Source of the DNA: Gemmatimonadales bacterium
Lineage (GTDB): Bacteria; Gemmatimonadota; Gemmatimonadetes; Palauibacterales; Palauibacteraceae
Reading direction: 5' to 3'
Assembly: GCA_037385645.1 (NCBI GenBank)
Contig: JARRMU010000020.1
Location: 646 to 64,645 of the forward strand
Length of the DNA stretch: 64,000 bases
Numbering within the stretch: the stretch's first letter is position 1; the number at the start of each line of letters is the position of its first letter. The notes beneath the pieces were generated by a model, which saw only the letters and a program-made list of their open reading frames with translations, searched no databases and was not told where the DNA came from. This document shows positions 20,873-31,156 of this stretch, piece after piece. The position numbers and the translations under genes were made by a program.

Positions 20873-21321
20873 TTCAGCCAGTTCTTCTCGATGGCCAGTA
20901 CCTTGTCCAGTCGGCGCTGGAACCGTTCCTCTGCCTCGTACCGTGCGCTCAGGAAGGTGCGCAGGATCTCGCGGGCCAGCTCGATCCCGATGATCCGCTC
21001 CCCCATGCAGAGCACGTTCATGTCGTCGTGCTCGACCCCCTGATGGGCCGAGTACGTGTCGTGCGACACGCCGGCGCGCACGCCGGGGACCTTGTTCGCC
21101 GCGACGCAGACGCCCACCGCGCTCCCACAGATCAGAACTCCGCGGTCGGCGTCACCATTCCGGATCGCGAGGGCCACCTTCTCGGCGTAGTCCGGGTAGT
21201 CCGCCGATGCCGTGTCGTATGTGCCCACATCCGTGACTTCGTGGCCTTCCTCGCGCATCAGGCGGGCGAGGTCTTCCTTATATTCGAAGCCCGCGTGGTC
21301 CGCGCCGATCACGATGCGCAT
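20869..21321 (-). CDS. rpiB: ribose-5-phosphate isomerase B
   Basis: MRIVIGADHAGFEYK..LICGSAVG RpiB/LacAB signature; ATGA overlap with tal-pgi. Confidence 0.9.
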   Translation of the reverse strand: MRIVIGADHAGFEYKEDLARLMREEGHEVTDVGTYDTASADYPDYAEKVALAIRNGDADRGVLICGSAVGVCVAANKVPGVRAGVSHDTYSAHQGVEHDDMNVLCMGERIIGIELAREILRTFLSARYEAEERFQRRLDKVLAIEKNWLK

Positions 21322-21341
21322 GGTCGACTCCCCCAGACCTG

Positions 21342-23447
21342 TCAGGCGTCCCCGAGTACCCGTCGGGCATGCTCGAGCACGTTCTCGACGGTGAAGCCGA
21401 ACCGGCGGAACAGCTCCGGGGATGGAGCGCTAGCCCCGAACCGATCGATGCCGATGACCGCTCCTCGATCTCCGACCCACTCCCCCCAGCCCTGGGTGGC
21501 ACCCGCCTCGATGGCGAGACGTTGTTCAATCTCCGGGGGGAGCACGGCATCCCGGTACTCGGGCGCCTGCTCTCTGAACAGCTCCCAGCTCGGCATGCTT
21601 ACGATCCGAGCATTCACCCCCTCCGTTGCCAGCTTCTCACCCGCCTCCAGGGCGAGCGACACCTCGGATCCGCTAGCGATCAGTATGATGTCGGGGGGAC
21701 CTTCCGTCTCTCGCTTGAGCACGTAGGCGCCCCTTCTGAGTCCGGCTGCATGGCCAAGCACCGAACGGTCGAGGATCGGCAGTTTCTGACGCGACAGGAC
21801 CAGCATCGTCGGACCATCCAGGTGCTCGATCGCCGCCCGCCAGGCGCACGCGACCTCCGTCGCGTCGGCGGGCCGGATCAGCTGCAGGCCCGGCATGGCG
21901 CGTAGGGATGCCAGGTGCTCGATCGGTTGATGCGTCGGACCGTCCTCCCCGAGCCCGATCGAGTCGTGCGTCATCACGTAGATGACGGGCAGGCCCATCA
22001 TGGCGGAAAGCCGGATAGCCGGGCGGGCGTAGTCGGTGAAGACGAAGAACGTGGCGGCGTAGGGGCGGACACCGCCGTGCAGCGCCATGCCGTTGCACGC
22101 ACCGGCCATGCCGTGTTCGCGAACACCCCAGTGCAGGTTGCGCTCCCCGAGCGACTCGGCCGACAGGCTTCCGGAACTCGCGATGATCGTCTTGGTCGAG
22201 CCGGCCAGGTCCGCACTCCCTCCGATGAGCCACGGGATCCGGTCGGCGAAAGCGTTCAGCACCACACCCGAAGCGGCCCGAGTGGCGATGGGTCCATCCT
22301 CGGGCGCGAAGCTCGGGATCTGCTTGTCCCAGCCGTCGGGAGGAATTCCGGCCAACGCGAGCCGCAGGGCCGCGGCTTCCTCGGGATACTCGTCCGCGTA
22401 GGCAGCCAGCCGGGCATGCCACTCATCCTCGAGCTCCTGGCCACGCTCGCGGAAATCCATGTGATCGGCGACCCTGGACGGGACGAAGAACTTCGCGTCC
22501 TCTGGCCAGCCGTAGGCGCGCTTGGTAAGGCGAACCTCCTCCTCGCCCAGCGGGGCCCCGTGAGCTTCGGCCGTGTCTTGCTTGTGGGGCGATCCGAAGG
22601 CGATGTGCGAGCGCACGACGATGAGGGAAGGGCGTGCGCCCTCGTCCCGGGCCGACACGATGGCGGCGTCCAGCGCGTCGAGGTCGTTGGCTCGATCGCC
22701 GAGGTTCTGGACGTGCCACCCGTATCCCTCGAAGCGGCGCTCGACATCGTCCGAGAGCGCCAGATCCGTGCTTCCCTCGATCGTGATTCGGTTGTCGTCG
22801 TACAGCCAGATCAGCTTGCCGAGGCCGAGGTGCCCCGCCAACGACGCCGCCTCGTGGGAAGCCCCCTCCATCATGTCTCCGTCCGAGCAGATGACGTATG
22901 TATGATGGTCCACAACATGATGTCCCGGGCGGTTGAAGATTGCCGCCAGATGGGCTTCTGCCAGCGCCATGCCAACCGATGTGATCACTCCCTGTCCCAG
23001 CGGCCCGGTCGTCGTCTCCACGCCGGGCGCGTGGCCGGCCTCGGGGTGGCCCGGCGTTCGGCTCCCCCACTGACGGAAGCTCCGCAACTCTTCCATCGGG
23101 AGGTCGAATCCTGCCAGGTGGAGGGCGGCATAGAGGAGCATGGAGGCGTGCCCCGCCGAGAGGACGAAGCGATCGCGATCGAACCAGTCCGGGTCAAGAG
23201 GATTGTAGCGCATATGCCGGGCGTACAGCGTGTAGGCGATCGGCGCCAGCGCCATTGGGGCGCCCGGATGACCGGAGTTGGCATGTTGCACCGCGTCCAT
23301 GGCGAGAGTGCGAATGGTGTTGATCGAGAGCTCCTCGATGGGCACGTCCTGCTGGGCGATGTCCACGTCTCGGTCCACCAGCACCCCCGTCATGCCCCCC
23401 GTTGCGGCTTCTTCTGGGTTCTCGCGCTCGGTCACTTGCTCTCCCAT
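21342..23447 (-). CDS. tkt: transketolase
   Basis: TPP-binding and HIAFGSP motifs; start ambiguous (ATG at 23393, 23447 or 23504; the last is ATGA-coupled to the upstream ORF). Confidence 0.9.
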   Translation of the reverse strand: MGEQVTERENPEEAATGGMTGVLVDRDVDIAQQDVPIEELSINTIRTLAMDAVQHANSGHPGAPMALAPIAYTLYARHMRYNPLDPDWFDRDRFVLSAGHASMLLYAALHLAGFDLPMEELRSFRQWGSRTPGHPEAGHAPGVETTTGPLGQGVITSVGMALAEAHLAAIFNRPGHHVVDHHTYVICSDGDMMEGASHEAASLAGHLGLGKLIWLYDDNRITIEGSTDLALSDDVERRFEGYGWHVQNLGDRANDLDALDAAIVSARDEGARPSLIVVRSHIAFGSPHKQDTAEAHGAPLGEEEVRLTKRAYGWPEDAKFFVPSRVADHMDFRERGQELEDEWHARLAAYADEYPEEAAALRLALAGIPPDGWDKQIPSFAPEDGPIATRAASGVVLNAFADRIPWLIGGSADLAGSTKTIIASSGSLSAESLGERNLHWGVREHGMAGACNGMALHGGVRPYAATFFVFTDYARPAIRLSAMMGLPVIYVMTHDSIGLGEDGPTHQPIEHLASLRAMPGLQLIRPADATEVACAWRAAIEHLDGPTMLVLSRQKLPILDRSVLGHAAGLRRGAYVLKRETEGPPDIILIASGSEVSLALEAGEKLATEGVNARIVSMPSWELFREQAPEYRDAVLPPEIEQRLAIEAGATQGWGEWVGDRGAVIGIDRFGASAPSPELFRRFGFTVENVLEHARRVLGDA

Positions 23448-23500
23448 CTGCTCGGGTCTCCGCCCAAATCTCGGCCTGTGCTCATGCCCATGCTCGCCAC

Positions 23501-23992
23501 TCATACCTCGCCGACGGTCTCGTTCTCGGTCTCGTCGTCCTTGCCATCGGCTGCCCCGTGCTCCCCTTGGTGGAGCAACATGGCGACGAGCCTGTTCGTC
23601 GCGTCGAGCGCCGCCAGCGCCGCCGTTCGTGCCATGGCTCCCCGAAGGGGAACGGCTCCCACGACCTGTGCTGACTGGTCTTCCGAGGTACGCAGGCATA
23701 CGAGGACCACGCGAGTGTCGAACGCATGCACGACCTTGATGCCGACAAGGCGAAAGTACTCGGGGTCGCCGGTTGCCTCAGCGATCGCGGCGAGCGTGGC
23801 CTCGACCGCCAGCCGAGGCTCCAGTATGACATCGCCGACGCCGCTTGCCTCGCCCTCATACCGGCTCTCCGATTCAGCGGACCCCTCGGGATCCTGGAGC
23901 GCGAGGGTGACGCGCACATCGATGCGCGAGCCGGGGGTCCGGCTCGACGCTGCTGAGACGAACCGCAGTCTACGCTCGTAGCGTGGAGGCAC
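23501..23992 (-). CDS. hypothetical protein (163 aa) translationally coupled to tkt
   Basis: only long ORF in a 490-nt gap; GC3 about 78%; stop overlaps a candidate tkt ATG (ATGA); no family recognised. Confidence 0.35.
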   Translation of the reverse strand: MPPRYERRLRFVSAASSRTPGSRIDVRVTLALQDPEGSAESESRYEGEASGVGDVILEPRLAVEATLAAIAEATGDPEYFRLVGIKVVHAFDTRVVLVCLRTSEDQSAQVVGAVPLRGAMARTAALAALDATNRLVAMLLHQGEHGAADGKDDETENETVGEV

Positions 23993-24118
23993 GTCGCTTG
24001 TCCGTCATTGACTGATTAGCCACCATGGTTGGGTCAGGAGTCGCCCTAAGCTATGCCCGCGCATCCAAGGAATAAAGACGACCTCGACCCGCGGGGTCCG
24101 ACGAGTGCCGGAGATTGG

Positions 24119-24973
24119 ATGATCGTCACGGTATCCGGGCACGAGCCCGGTCATGCAGTGGCGAACGCCTTGCTCGAGCTGGGCGGAAGCAGCGTCCAGG
24201 AGACTCCCGACGGAGGGTGGGTGACTTGGCTCCCGCTCGGCGAGCAACCTGCCTCGACGGAGCGACGCGTGCGCGAGGAACTCGGGATGCGCTTTGGCGA
24301 CTCCCTGCGGATCGCGTGCTCCATCGCTCCCGACGAGGATTGGCTTCAGGTATGGCGTCAGGGGCTCGGTCCCCGAAGGATCGGCCATCGAGTGGTCGTC
24401 GCGCCATCCTGGGCGGCAGCGACGATCAAATCCCCGGCGCTTCTCGTCGAGCTCGATCCGGAGATGGCGTTCGGCACCGGCGAACACGGCAGCACGCGGA
24501 CGGCGATCTGTCTCCTCGCCGACAGGGCGAGCGCCGGGAAGAGGGTCCTTGACGTCGGCGCGGGCAGCGGGATCCTCTCCATCGTAGCGGCCAAGCTCGG
24601 TGCCGAGGTGCTGGCCGTCGAGGCCGATGCGCAGGCGGTGCGAACGGCGGAGAAGAATCTTCGGCGAAACGGCATCGAGACCGGGGTGCGGATCGTGCAC
24701 CTACGGATTACCCGAGGGGTCCTCGAACTGCTGCGCGGAGTCGCATTCGACCTGATCGTCGTGAACGTCGAGCGAAGCTTTACGGAGCCCCTCCTGTCGG
24801 CGCTGACATCACTGCTGAGCGAGGACGGCGAGCTGATCGTGGCGGGGATCCTGGAAGGAGAAGCTGCCAGCGTTCGACGGGCGGCCCGCCTCGCCGGTCT
24901 CGAGGTGGTGGATACGAGCACCGACCAAGGGTGGTGGGCCGGCGCCTTTACGCTCGTGGCGCCTGAGGCCTAG
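24119..24973 (+). CDS. prmA: ribosomal protein L11 methyltransferase
   Basis: LDPEMAFGTGEHGST and GAGSGILS SAM motif. Confidence 0.85.
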   Translation: MIVTVSGHEPGHAVANALLELGGSSVQETPDGGWVTWLPLGEQPASTERRVREELGMRFGDSLRIACSIAPDEDWLQVWRQGLGPRRIGHRVVVAPSWAAATIKSPALLVELDPEMAFGTGEHGSTRTAICLLADRASAGKRVLDVGAGSGILSIVAAKLGAEVLAVEADAQAVRTAEKNLRRNGIETGVRIVHLRITRGVLELLRGVAFDLIVVNVERSFTEPLLSALTSLLSEDGELIVAGILEGEAASVRRAARLAGLEVVDTSTDQGWWAGAFTLVAPEA

Positions 24974-25001
24974 CTTTCCTCATGCGAGGCAACGAAGCTC
25001 C

Positions 25002-25805
25002 GTGAGCGCCTGGACGACCCTCTACTCGCCAGGCCTTCCAGGGGACCCCGGGGCGTCGGTGAATGTCGACCGAGATGGCGTACGGCACATCCGCGCCGCC
25101 AGGCTCCGGCCCGGAGCCGAGCTCCGTCTCACCGACGGAGAAGGCGCGTTGTGGGCGGCGCGACTGGACTCGCTCACGGGGAATCGGGCCCGCTGCGTGC
25201 TGCTCGAGACCCTCCCATCCCCTCCCGATCTGAGGGTGGAGCTGGCGTTTGGCGTCGCCTCCAAGCCGCGCACCCTCTGGCTCGTCGAGAAAGCGGTCGA
25301 ACTCGGGGTGCCGGTCTTGCAGCCGATCGAGTTCAGGCGCTCGAGTTCCGTATCCGATGCCGCTCGGGCGCCCGCGTTTTGGGGCAAGGCGAGGCGTAAG
25401 GCGGCGGCCGCCCTCACGCAGTGCGGAGGCTCCCGACTCCCGAGCTTGAGGGCGCCCTGCTCGCTGGAGGAGTACCTGACGGCTCCGGCTTCGCGGCGGG
25501 ACCGTCTGCGAGTCGCGCTGGATCGAAGCGGTGAGGATTCACTATCGGAGCTGTTGTCCAGCAGCCGGCCTGGGGCCAACGGCTGGATCCTTCTTCTGGT
25601 GGGACCGGAGGGAGGAATGGCGCCGGCGGAGCGGACCGCCTGTCGGGCCGCGGGCTTTCGCTTCGCGACACTCGGCCAGAGGGTCCTGCGCTTCGAGACA
25701 GCGGCGGTCGCGGGCGTCACCGCCGTCAGTCTGATGGCGCGTCCACGCGCGCCGGCGACTCGGAGCGAACGCTCCGAAGTGGGGGACGCGGAGGTGCCCT
25801 CTTGA
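25002..25805 (+). CDS. rsmE: 16S rRNA (uracil1498-N3)-methyltransferase
   Basis: RsmE PUA-like N-terminus plus SPOUT domain (LLLVGPEGG). Confidence 0.85.
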   Translation: MSAWTTLYSPGLPGDPGASVNVDRDGVRHIRAARLRPGAELRLTDGEGALWAARLDSLTGNRARCVLLETLPSPPDLRVELAFGVASKPRTLWLVEKAVELGVPVLQPIEFRRSSSVSDAARAPAFWGKARRKAAAALTQCGGSRLPSLRAPCSLEEYLTAPASRRDRLRVALDRSGEDSLSELLSSSRPGANGWILLLVGPEGGMAPAERTACRAAGFRFATLGQRVLRFETAAVAGVTAVSLMARPRAPATRSERSEVGDAEVPS

Positions 25806-26140
25806 ACTGCATCTTCTGTGGGATCGCGAAAGGAGAGGTTGCGGCCGATGTGATCGGCGAAGGGGAGCGATGGATCGCCTTTCGCGACACCAACCCGCAG
25901 GCTCCGACGCACGTGCTCATCGTGCCCCGCGAGCACATAGAGAGTCTCTCGGGGCTCGAAGAGGCGCAAACCGAGCTGGCCGGCGAGCTGCTCAGAGCGG
26001 CGGCCTCGATGGCGCGTCACGAGGATCTGGACGCCGGGTATCGGGTTGTGGCGAACACCGGGTCGGATGGCGGGCAGACGGTGCCGCACCTGCACCTCCA
26101 TCTGCTCGGCGGGCGCAGGCTGCGTTGGCCCCCCGGTTGA
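25802..26140 (+). CDS. HIT family (histidine triad) protein
   Basis: CIFC zinc motif and HLHLHLL histidine triad; TTG start in 4-nt overlap with rsmE. Confidence 0.9.
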   Translation: MNCIFCGIAKGEVAADVIGEGERWIAFRDTNPQAPTHVLIVPREHIESLSGLEEAQTELAGELLRAAASMARHEDLDAGYRVVANTGSDGGQTVPHLHLHLLGGRRLRWPPG

Positions 26141-26141
26141 C

Positions 26142-28540
26142 GTGAACAAGGGCCCGGACGTCTCGGCTTCGGCCGAGAGCGCTCGCGACCACGCCCTGCG
26201 GCTCCTCGAGTTTCCGCGAGCCCTGGAGCTCGTCGCCGGCCGCGCGGGCAGCTCGCTGGGTGCGGAGCGTGACAGGGCGCTCCGTCCGCTCTGCTGCCAG
26301 GACGATGTGGAGGAAGCGCTGGCCGCGGCCGATGACATGGTCACCTTTCTACTCCGCACCTCGGAGTGGGCACCACCCCCCATCCCGGATGCCCGCGGAG
26401 CGCTCAGGCGTCTCGATGTCGAGGGGTCCGTGCTTGACGAGGCGGGGTTGAGGGACCTGGCGACACTGCTCTCGTCGTCGCGGCGGGCCCGCCAGGACTT
26501 CGTTCGCCGATCGGACGATTTCCGGCGGTTAACAGCCCTCGCCGGGCGCCTGGTGGAGCGGAGGAAGGAGGAGGAGCGGCTCGAGCGCTCGATCGATCCC
26601 TCCGGCGAGGTCGCCGACGCCGCCTCTCCGGCCCTGGGCAGGCTGCGGCGACAGATGAGAGCCGAGAGGAGCTCGCTCGTCAGCCGGCTCGAACGGTTCT
26701 CGTCGGAGCTGCCGGAACGGTTTCGCGTCCCGGATGCCTCGGTCACCGTGCGGAACGGACGGTACTGCGTGCCGGTCCGCAGGGAAGGGCGATCGCCGGT
26801 CGGTGGGATCGTCCACGACGAGTCGGCGAGCTCGCAAACCCTGTTCATCGAGCCCACCTTGGCGATCGAGCCGATGAACCGGATCCGAGAGCTGGAACTC
26901 GCTGAACGTCGTGAGGTGCAGAGGGTGCTGGCGGAGATGACGGAGGAGCTTCGGCCGTTCGCCGCGGAGCTCGTGGAGATCCGGCGGTCGGTGGAGGGGA
27001 CGAACGGGGTGCGTACCGCGTGCGGCAGGGCTACCACCCGATTCTTCGCGCGGTCGAGGAAGCGGCTGTCCCCTTCGACCTCGAGCTGGAGGCGTCTGAG
27101 ACCGTGCTGCTCGTGAGCGGGCCGAACGCCGGCGGCAAGACCGTCCTTCTGAAGGCGCTCGGGCTGATAGCGGCGATGGCTCAGAGCGGTATCGTGCCAC
27201 CGGTCGGCGAGGGGACGCGCCTGCCCATCTTTCGGAGCTTCTTCGCGATCATCGGCGACGAGCAGTCGATCGAAGCCTCGTTGTCCACGTTCAGCGCGCA
27301 GGTCGGCATCCTTCGGGAGATCCTGGAACGCAGCGACGGCAGGTCGCTCGTCCTCGTTGACGAGATCGGCAGCAACACGGATCCCGAGGAAGGCGCGGCG
27401 CTGGCAGCCGCGACGCTCCTGCGCCTGGCTGGACAGGCGGCGCTCACCGCAGTAACCACGCATCTTGGTGATCTGAAGACGTTGGCCGGAGAGGATGCGA
27501 GGATCGTGAACGCCTCTCTCCAGTTCGACCCGGGCACGCTGAGGCCAACCTACCGGCTCCTGCGCGATCGGCCGGGTCGCAGCTACGCTCTGGAGATATC
27601 GGAGCGGCTCGGCATTCCGGAGGACGTGCTCGTCGCGGCCAGGGGCCGGCTGACCGACGAGTCCCGCGCCCTGGAGGTTGTCCTCTCGGAGCTGGAGGAG
27701 CGGGAGGAGGAGGCCAAGACCCTCAGGGCGACGCTGGAGCGGGAGCGACTCGAGCTGGAGAGGCAGCAGGGCCGTTTGACGGAGCGGCTGGCGGAGGCGG
27801 AGCGGCTCCAGACCGAGTTGGAGCGTCGCAACCAGGCGCTCGAGCGGGGAGCGCGCCGTACTGCCGAGCGCTACCTGCTCGATGCAAGGAAGGAGGTCGA
27901 AGACGCCATCGCCGGACTGACGGCAGGAATGGCCGAAGTCATGGAGGATCTCCGCTCCGCCACCCCCGGTCAGCGGAGCCGCGCGCGCGAGGCTTCCGGG
28001 GCCGCTGCAACCGAGGCGCGCCGGGCCGTCGAGCGTGCGATCGAGGATTTGAGAGTCGGCGCTCCCGAGCCCTCCGCGGTCGCGTCGCCGGTCTCTCTGC
28101 AGGTCGGAGATGCCGTACGGGTTGCTTCGCTCGGCGGGATAGGCCGGCTGTTGGAGCTGGGTCACGACCGCGCCATCGTCGAGCTGGGTGGCGTGCGCAT
28201 CACGGTGGCCCCGCACGTACTCAGGCCGCACGAGGGCGGCGACGAGAAGCCGGCGCGTCGAGGGACGCTGACGGCGCCGGTCTTGGAGGCGAGCCAGGAG
28301 GTGAGTCTGCGAGGGCTTCGGGTCGAAGAGATCGAGGCCGTCCTGCTGCCCGCGCTCGACGCGGCGATCCATGCGGACCTTCCGTCGCTGCGCATCATAC
28401 ATGGAAAGGGAACGGGAGCGCTCCGTCGACGCGTACAGGAACTGTTGGCCGGCGATCGGCGGATCTCGAGCTTTCGCCTCGGCACGCATCGGGAGGGTGG
28501 AAGCGGCGTGACCGTCGTGGACTTGTCGGAGCCCGGTTGA
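26142..28540 (+). CDS. mutS2: endonuclease MutS2 (MutS domain III/V ATPase plus C-terminal Smr), interrupted by an apparent frameshift near 27005-27020
   Basis: ORF 26142-27116 carries the N-terminal part; ORF 27020-28540 (other frame) carries RHPLL-like YHPIL, Walker A SGPNAGGKT and an Smr domain. Confidence 0.8.
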
Positions 28541-28562
28541 AGACCCCGCAAGAAGAACGTTC

Positions 28563-30434
28563 GTGGTAAGCGACGCCCTCGTCGAAGAGGTTCGCGCCCG
28601 CGCAGACCTCGTCGAGATCTGCGGCGAGTATGTCTCCCTCAAGCGCGTCGGTAAGAGCTATCGCGGCCCGTGTCCGCTTCACGGCGGGGAGGGCCCGAAC
28701 TTTTCGATCGACGCGGATCGAGGGATCTACAAGTGCTTCGTCTGCGGGGAAGGTGGGGACGTCTTCTCGTTCGTCATGCAGCACCTCGGCCTCGATTTTC
28801 CCGAGGCGGTCCGACACGTGGCCGAGCGCGTCGGCGTGGAGATTCCGGATGAAAGGGACCGCGGGCCCGATCCGTATGCCGGCCTTCGCGAGGTCACCGC
28901 CTTCGCAGAGGAGTGGTTCGTGGCTCGCCGCCGGAGCGAAGAGGGGGCGACCGCTCGAGTCTACCTGGCGGAGCGCGGAGTCGATGAGGCGACGGCGGAT
29001 CGTTTCGCGATCGGCTTCGCCCCGGAGGGTTGGCGCGGACTGAGGGATGCGGCGTGTGAACGCGGCATCGATGAAGAGGTGCTTCTCGAGGTGGGGTTGT
29101 TGGCCACGAGCGAGCGCGCCGCCGATCCCTACGATCGCTTCCGAAGCCGACTCATGTTCTCGATCCGGGATCTGCAGGACCGCCCGATCGGCTTCGGGGG
29201 ACGGCTCCTAGGACCGGAGGAGCAGGAGGCGCCCAAGTACATCAACTCCCCCGATTCGCCGATCTTCGAGAAGGGTCGCTCACTCTATCTGTTGAACGCG
29301 GCACGCCACGCCATGCGCCGCTCGAAGGCCGCAGTGGTCGTCGAAGGTTTCATGGATGCCGTGACGCTCAACCGCCACGGATTCGAGAATGTCGTGGCGC
29401 CGCTCGGGACCGCCCTCGCAAGGCCACAGGCGGCGCTGATCGGCCGGTACGCGCCGCAAGCATATCTGGCCTACGACTCCGACACGCCGGGGCGCAAGGC
29501 GAGCTTTCGCGCTGCGGACACGCTCCTCGAGGCCGGCGTCCATCCGCTCATCGTCACCCTTCCTCCAGGCGAGGACCCCGACTCGCTCGTTCGTCGGCTG
29601 GGCAGGGAGGAGTTCTCCGCTTTGCTGGAGGACGCAATGGATGTGTTGGAGCTCAAGCTTCGGATGCTCGGGGAGCGCGGGTACTTCGATTCGGCCGAGG
29701 GACGGCGCACGGCGTTGGATCATCTGCTGAGCACGTTGCGGGCCGTGCACGACGCTGCCCTTCGTGACATCTACATCGGGCGAGCCGCCGAGATGACCGG
29801 AGTACGCCGTGAGACGATCGTGCACGAGGTGGCCAGGGAGCCCAAGCGCGTCGCCCCACGCCCCCGTCCGGCTCAACGACCCCGAAGGGGCTCCGGGAAA
29901 GCCCGCGGCGACGCCGAGGCGGGGGCCGAGAAGAGCCTTCTGCTGCTTCTGGTGAGAGATGCCTTGTTGACCGCAGATGTTCCGGACCGCGCCTGGATTT
30001 GCCGTGCCCTGGATGATGGCGTAAGAACCGAGCACTTTCAGGATCCGGCGTATCGCGCGCTCTTCGGTGCCTTGAGCGACAGATACCGGAAGGGCGGGGG
30101 CACAGACGCTGCCGGGCTGGTAGAAGCCGTTCCAAGCGATCTACGGGGGCTCGTCGAAGGGCTACTCGGCGACGCGACGGAGCTCACGCACCCGGAGGAG
30201 ATCTACGAGGCGTCCGTGGAGCGGCTGATCTGCCGGCCGGCCGAGCGCCGCCTAAGGGAGATTCGTCGCGAGATGAAGATGGCCGACGAGGCCCAGAAGA
30301 AACAGCTCTTGCGGGAGCAGCTTGAGATACGGGCGGGACTGCCCGAATCCGAGAAGGCGAGGTTGGCGCTCGTCCTGGACTGGCTGGAACGTCCCGAGCC
30401 TGCGGACTTGGAAGAGTGGCGAGGAAATGGATGA
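28563..30434 (+). CDS. dnaG: DNA primase
   Basis: CHC2 zinc finger (CPLHGGEGPNF...CFVCGEGGD), TOPRIM domain. Confidence 0.95.
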   Translation: MVSDALVEEVRARADLVEICGEYVSLKRVGKSYRGPCPLHGGEGPNFSIDADRGIYKCFVCGEGGDVFSFVMQHLGLDFPEAVRHVAERVGVEIPDERDRGPDPYAGLREVTAFAEEWFVARRRSEEGATARVYLAERGVDEATADRFAIGFAPEGWRGLRDAACERGIDEEVLLEVGLLATSERAADPYDRFRSRLMFSIRDLQDRPIGFGGRLLGPEEQEAPKYINSPDSPIFEKGRSLYLLNAARHAMRRSKAAVVVEGFMDAVTLNRHGFENVVAPLGTALARPQAALIGRYAPQAYLAYDSDTPGRKASFRAADTLLEAGVHPLIVTLPPGEDPDSLVRRLGREEFSALLEDAMDVLELKLRMLGERGYFDSAEGRRTALDHLLSTLRAVHDAALRDIYIGRAAEMTGVRRETIVHEVAREPKRVAPRPRPAQRPRRGSGKARGDAEAGAEKSLLLLLVRDALLTADVPDRAWICRALDDGVRTEHFQDPAYRALFGALSDRYRKGGGTDAAGLVEAVPSDLRGLVEGLLGDATELTHPEEIYEASVERLICRPAERRLREIRREMKMADEAQKKQLLREQLEIRAGLPESEKARLALVLDWLERPEPADLEEWRGNG

Positions 30435-31149
30435 TACGACGGCCCTAGATACTTTCGAGGCGCTTCGGAGCCTCGAAGAAATCGACCGTAACATAGCCGG
30501 ATTCGTGGCGCAGTTGGAGGCTCTCTCGCCCGAGCTGTTCGAGTCGGAGCGTCGGATAGCCGAGTTGGAAGTGCGGGTCGAGGCCGTCGCCAAGGGCGCG
30601 GAAAAGGCCGAGAGCCGCCTCCGCAAGTCGGAGCGCGCCACCAAGGCAGGACGTGAGACGCTGAAGAGGTTGCAGCAACGAGCGCAGGAGGTACAGAACC
30701 TGAAGCAGCACACGGCCGTGCGAGCCGAGACCGATGCGGCCCGACGAAACCTGGAGGCTGCCGAGGACGAGCAGCTACAGGGGATGCAGGATGTGGAGGA
30801 GGCGAGAGCGGAGCTCTCCATCCTGAAGGGTCAGCTCACGGAGGAGAGGGCTGCCTACGAGAAGCTCAAGAGCGCGACCAGCGCACGCCGAGCGGAGCTC
30901 GAATCAGATCTCCTGGTGGAGCAAGATCGCCGCGCAAATCGTGAGCTGAGGCTCGATGTGGATGCCCTTCGCCTCTACGAATCGGTTCGCGGCGGGAAGA
31001 CCCGACAAGTGTTAGCCGCCCTAACACCCGATGGCGTCTGCGGTCACTGCTTCACCTTCATTCCGAAGCAGCGTCAGGCCGAGATTCGCTCACGAAGCCG
31101 GCTCCATCTCTGCGAGGGCTGCGGGATCATCCTCTATCCAGCCGAGTGA
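30427..31149 (+). CDS. COG1579-like coiled-coil protein with C-terminal C4 zinc ribbon
   Basis: long coiled coil then CGHC..(x17)..CEGCG; ATG 30427 with GAGGAA RBS overlaps dnaG stop. Confidence 0.7.
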   Translation: MDDTTALDTFEALRSLEEIDRNIAGFVAQLEALSPELFESERRIAELEVRVEAVAKGAEKAESRLRKSERATKAGRETLKRLQQRAQEVQNLKQHTAVRAETDAARRNLEAAEDEQLQGMQDVEEARAELSILKGQLTEERAAYEKLKSATSARRAELESDLLVEQDRRANRELRLDVDALRLYESVRGGKTRQVLAALTPDGVCGHCFTFIPKQRQAEIRSRSRLHLCEGCGIILYPAE

Positions 31150-31156
31150 GCTGCGG

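Noticed and set aside
26046-26141. mutS2 starting at the track ATG 26046
   Set aside because: That ORF overlaps HIT in another frame. GTG 26142 immediately after the HIT stop gives a conserved MutS2 N-terminus.
25022-28642. 1206-aa minus-strand ORF (and many other long antisense ORFs such as 137-1234, 1325-2212, 8340-9032, 10128-11294, 18232-18867, 22423-23070)
   Set aside because: They lie antisense to well-supported genes in a 68% GC genome where stop codons are rare. They are low-complexity Arg/Pro/Ser/Ala-rich with no motifs.
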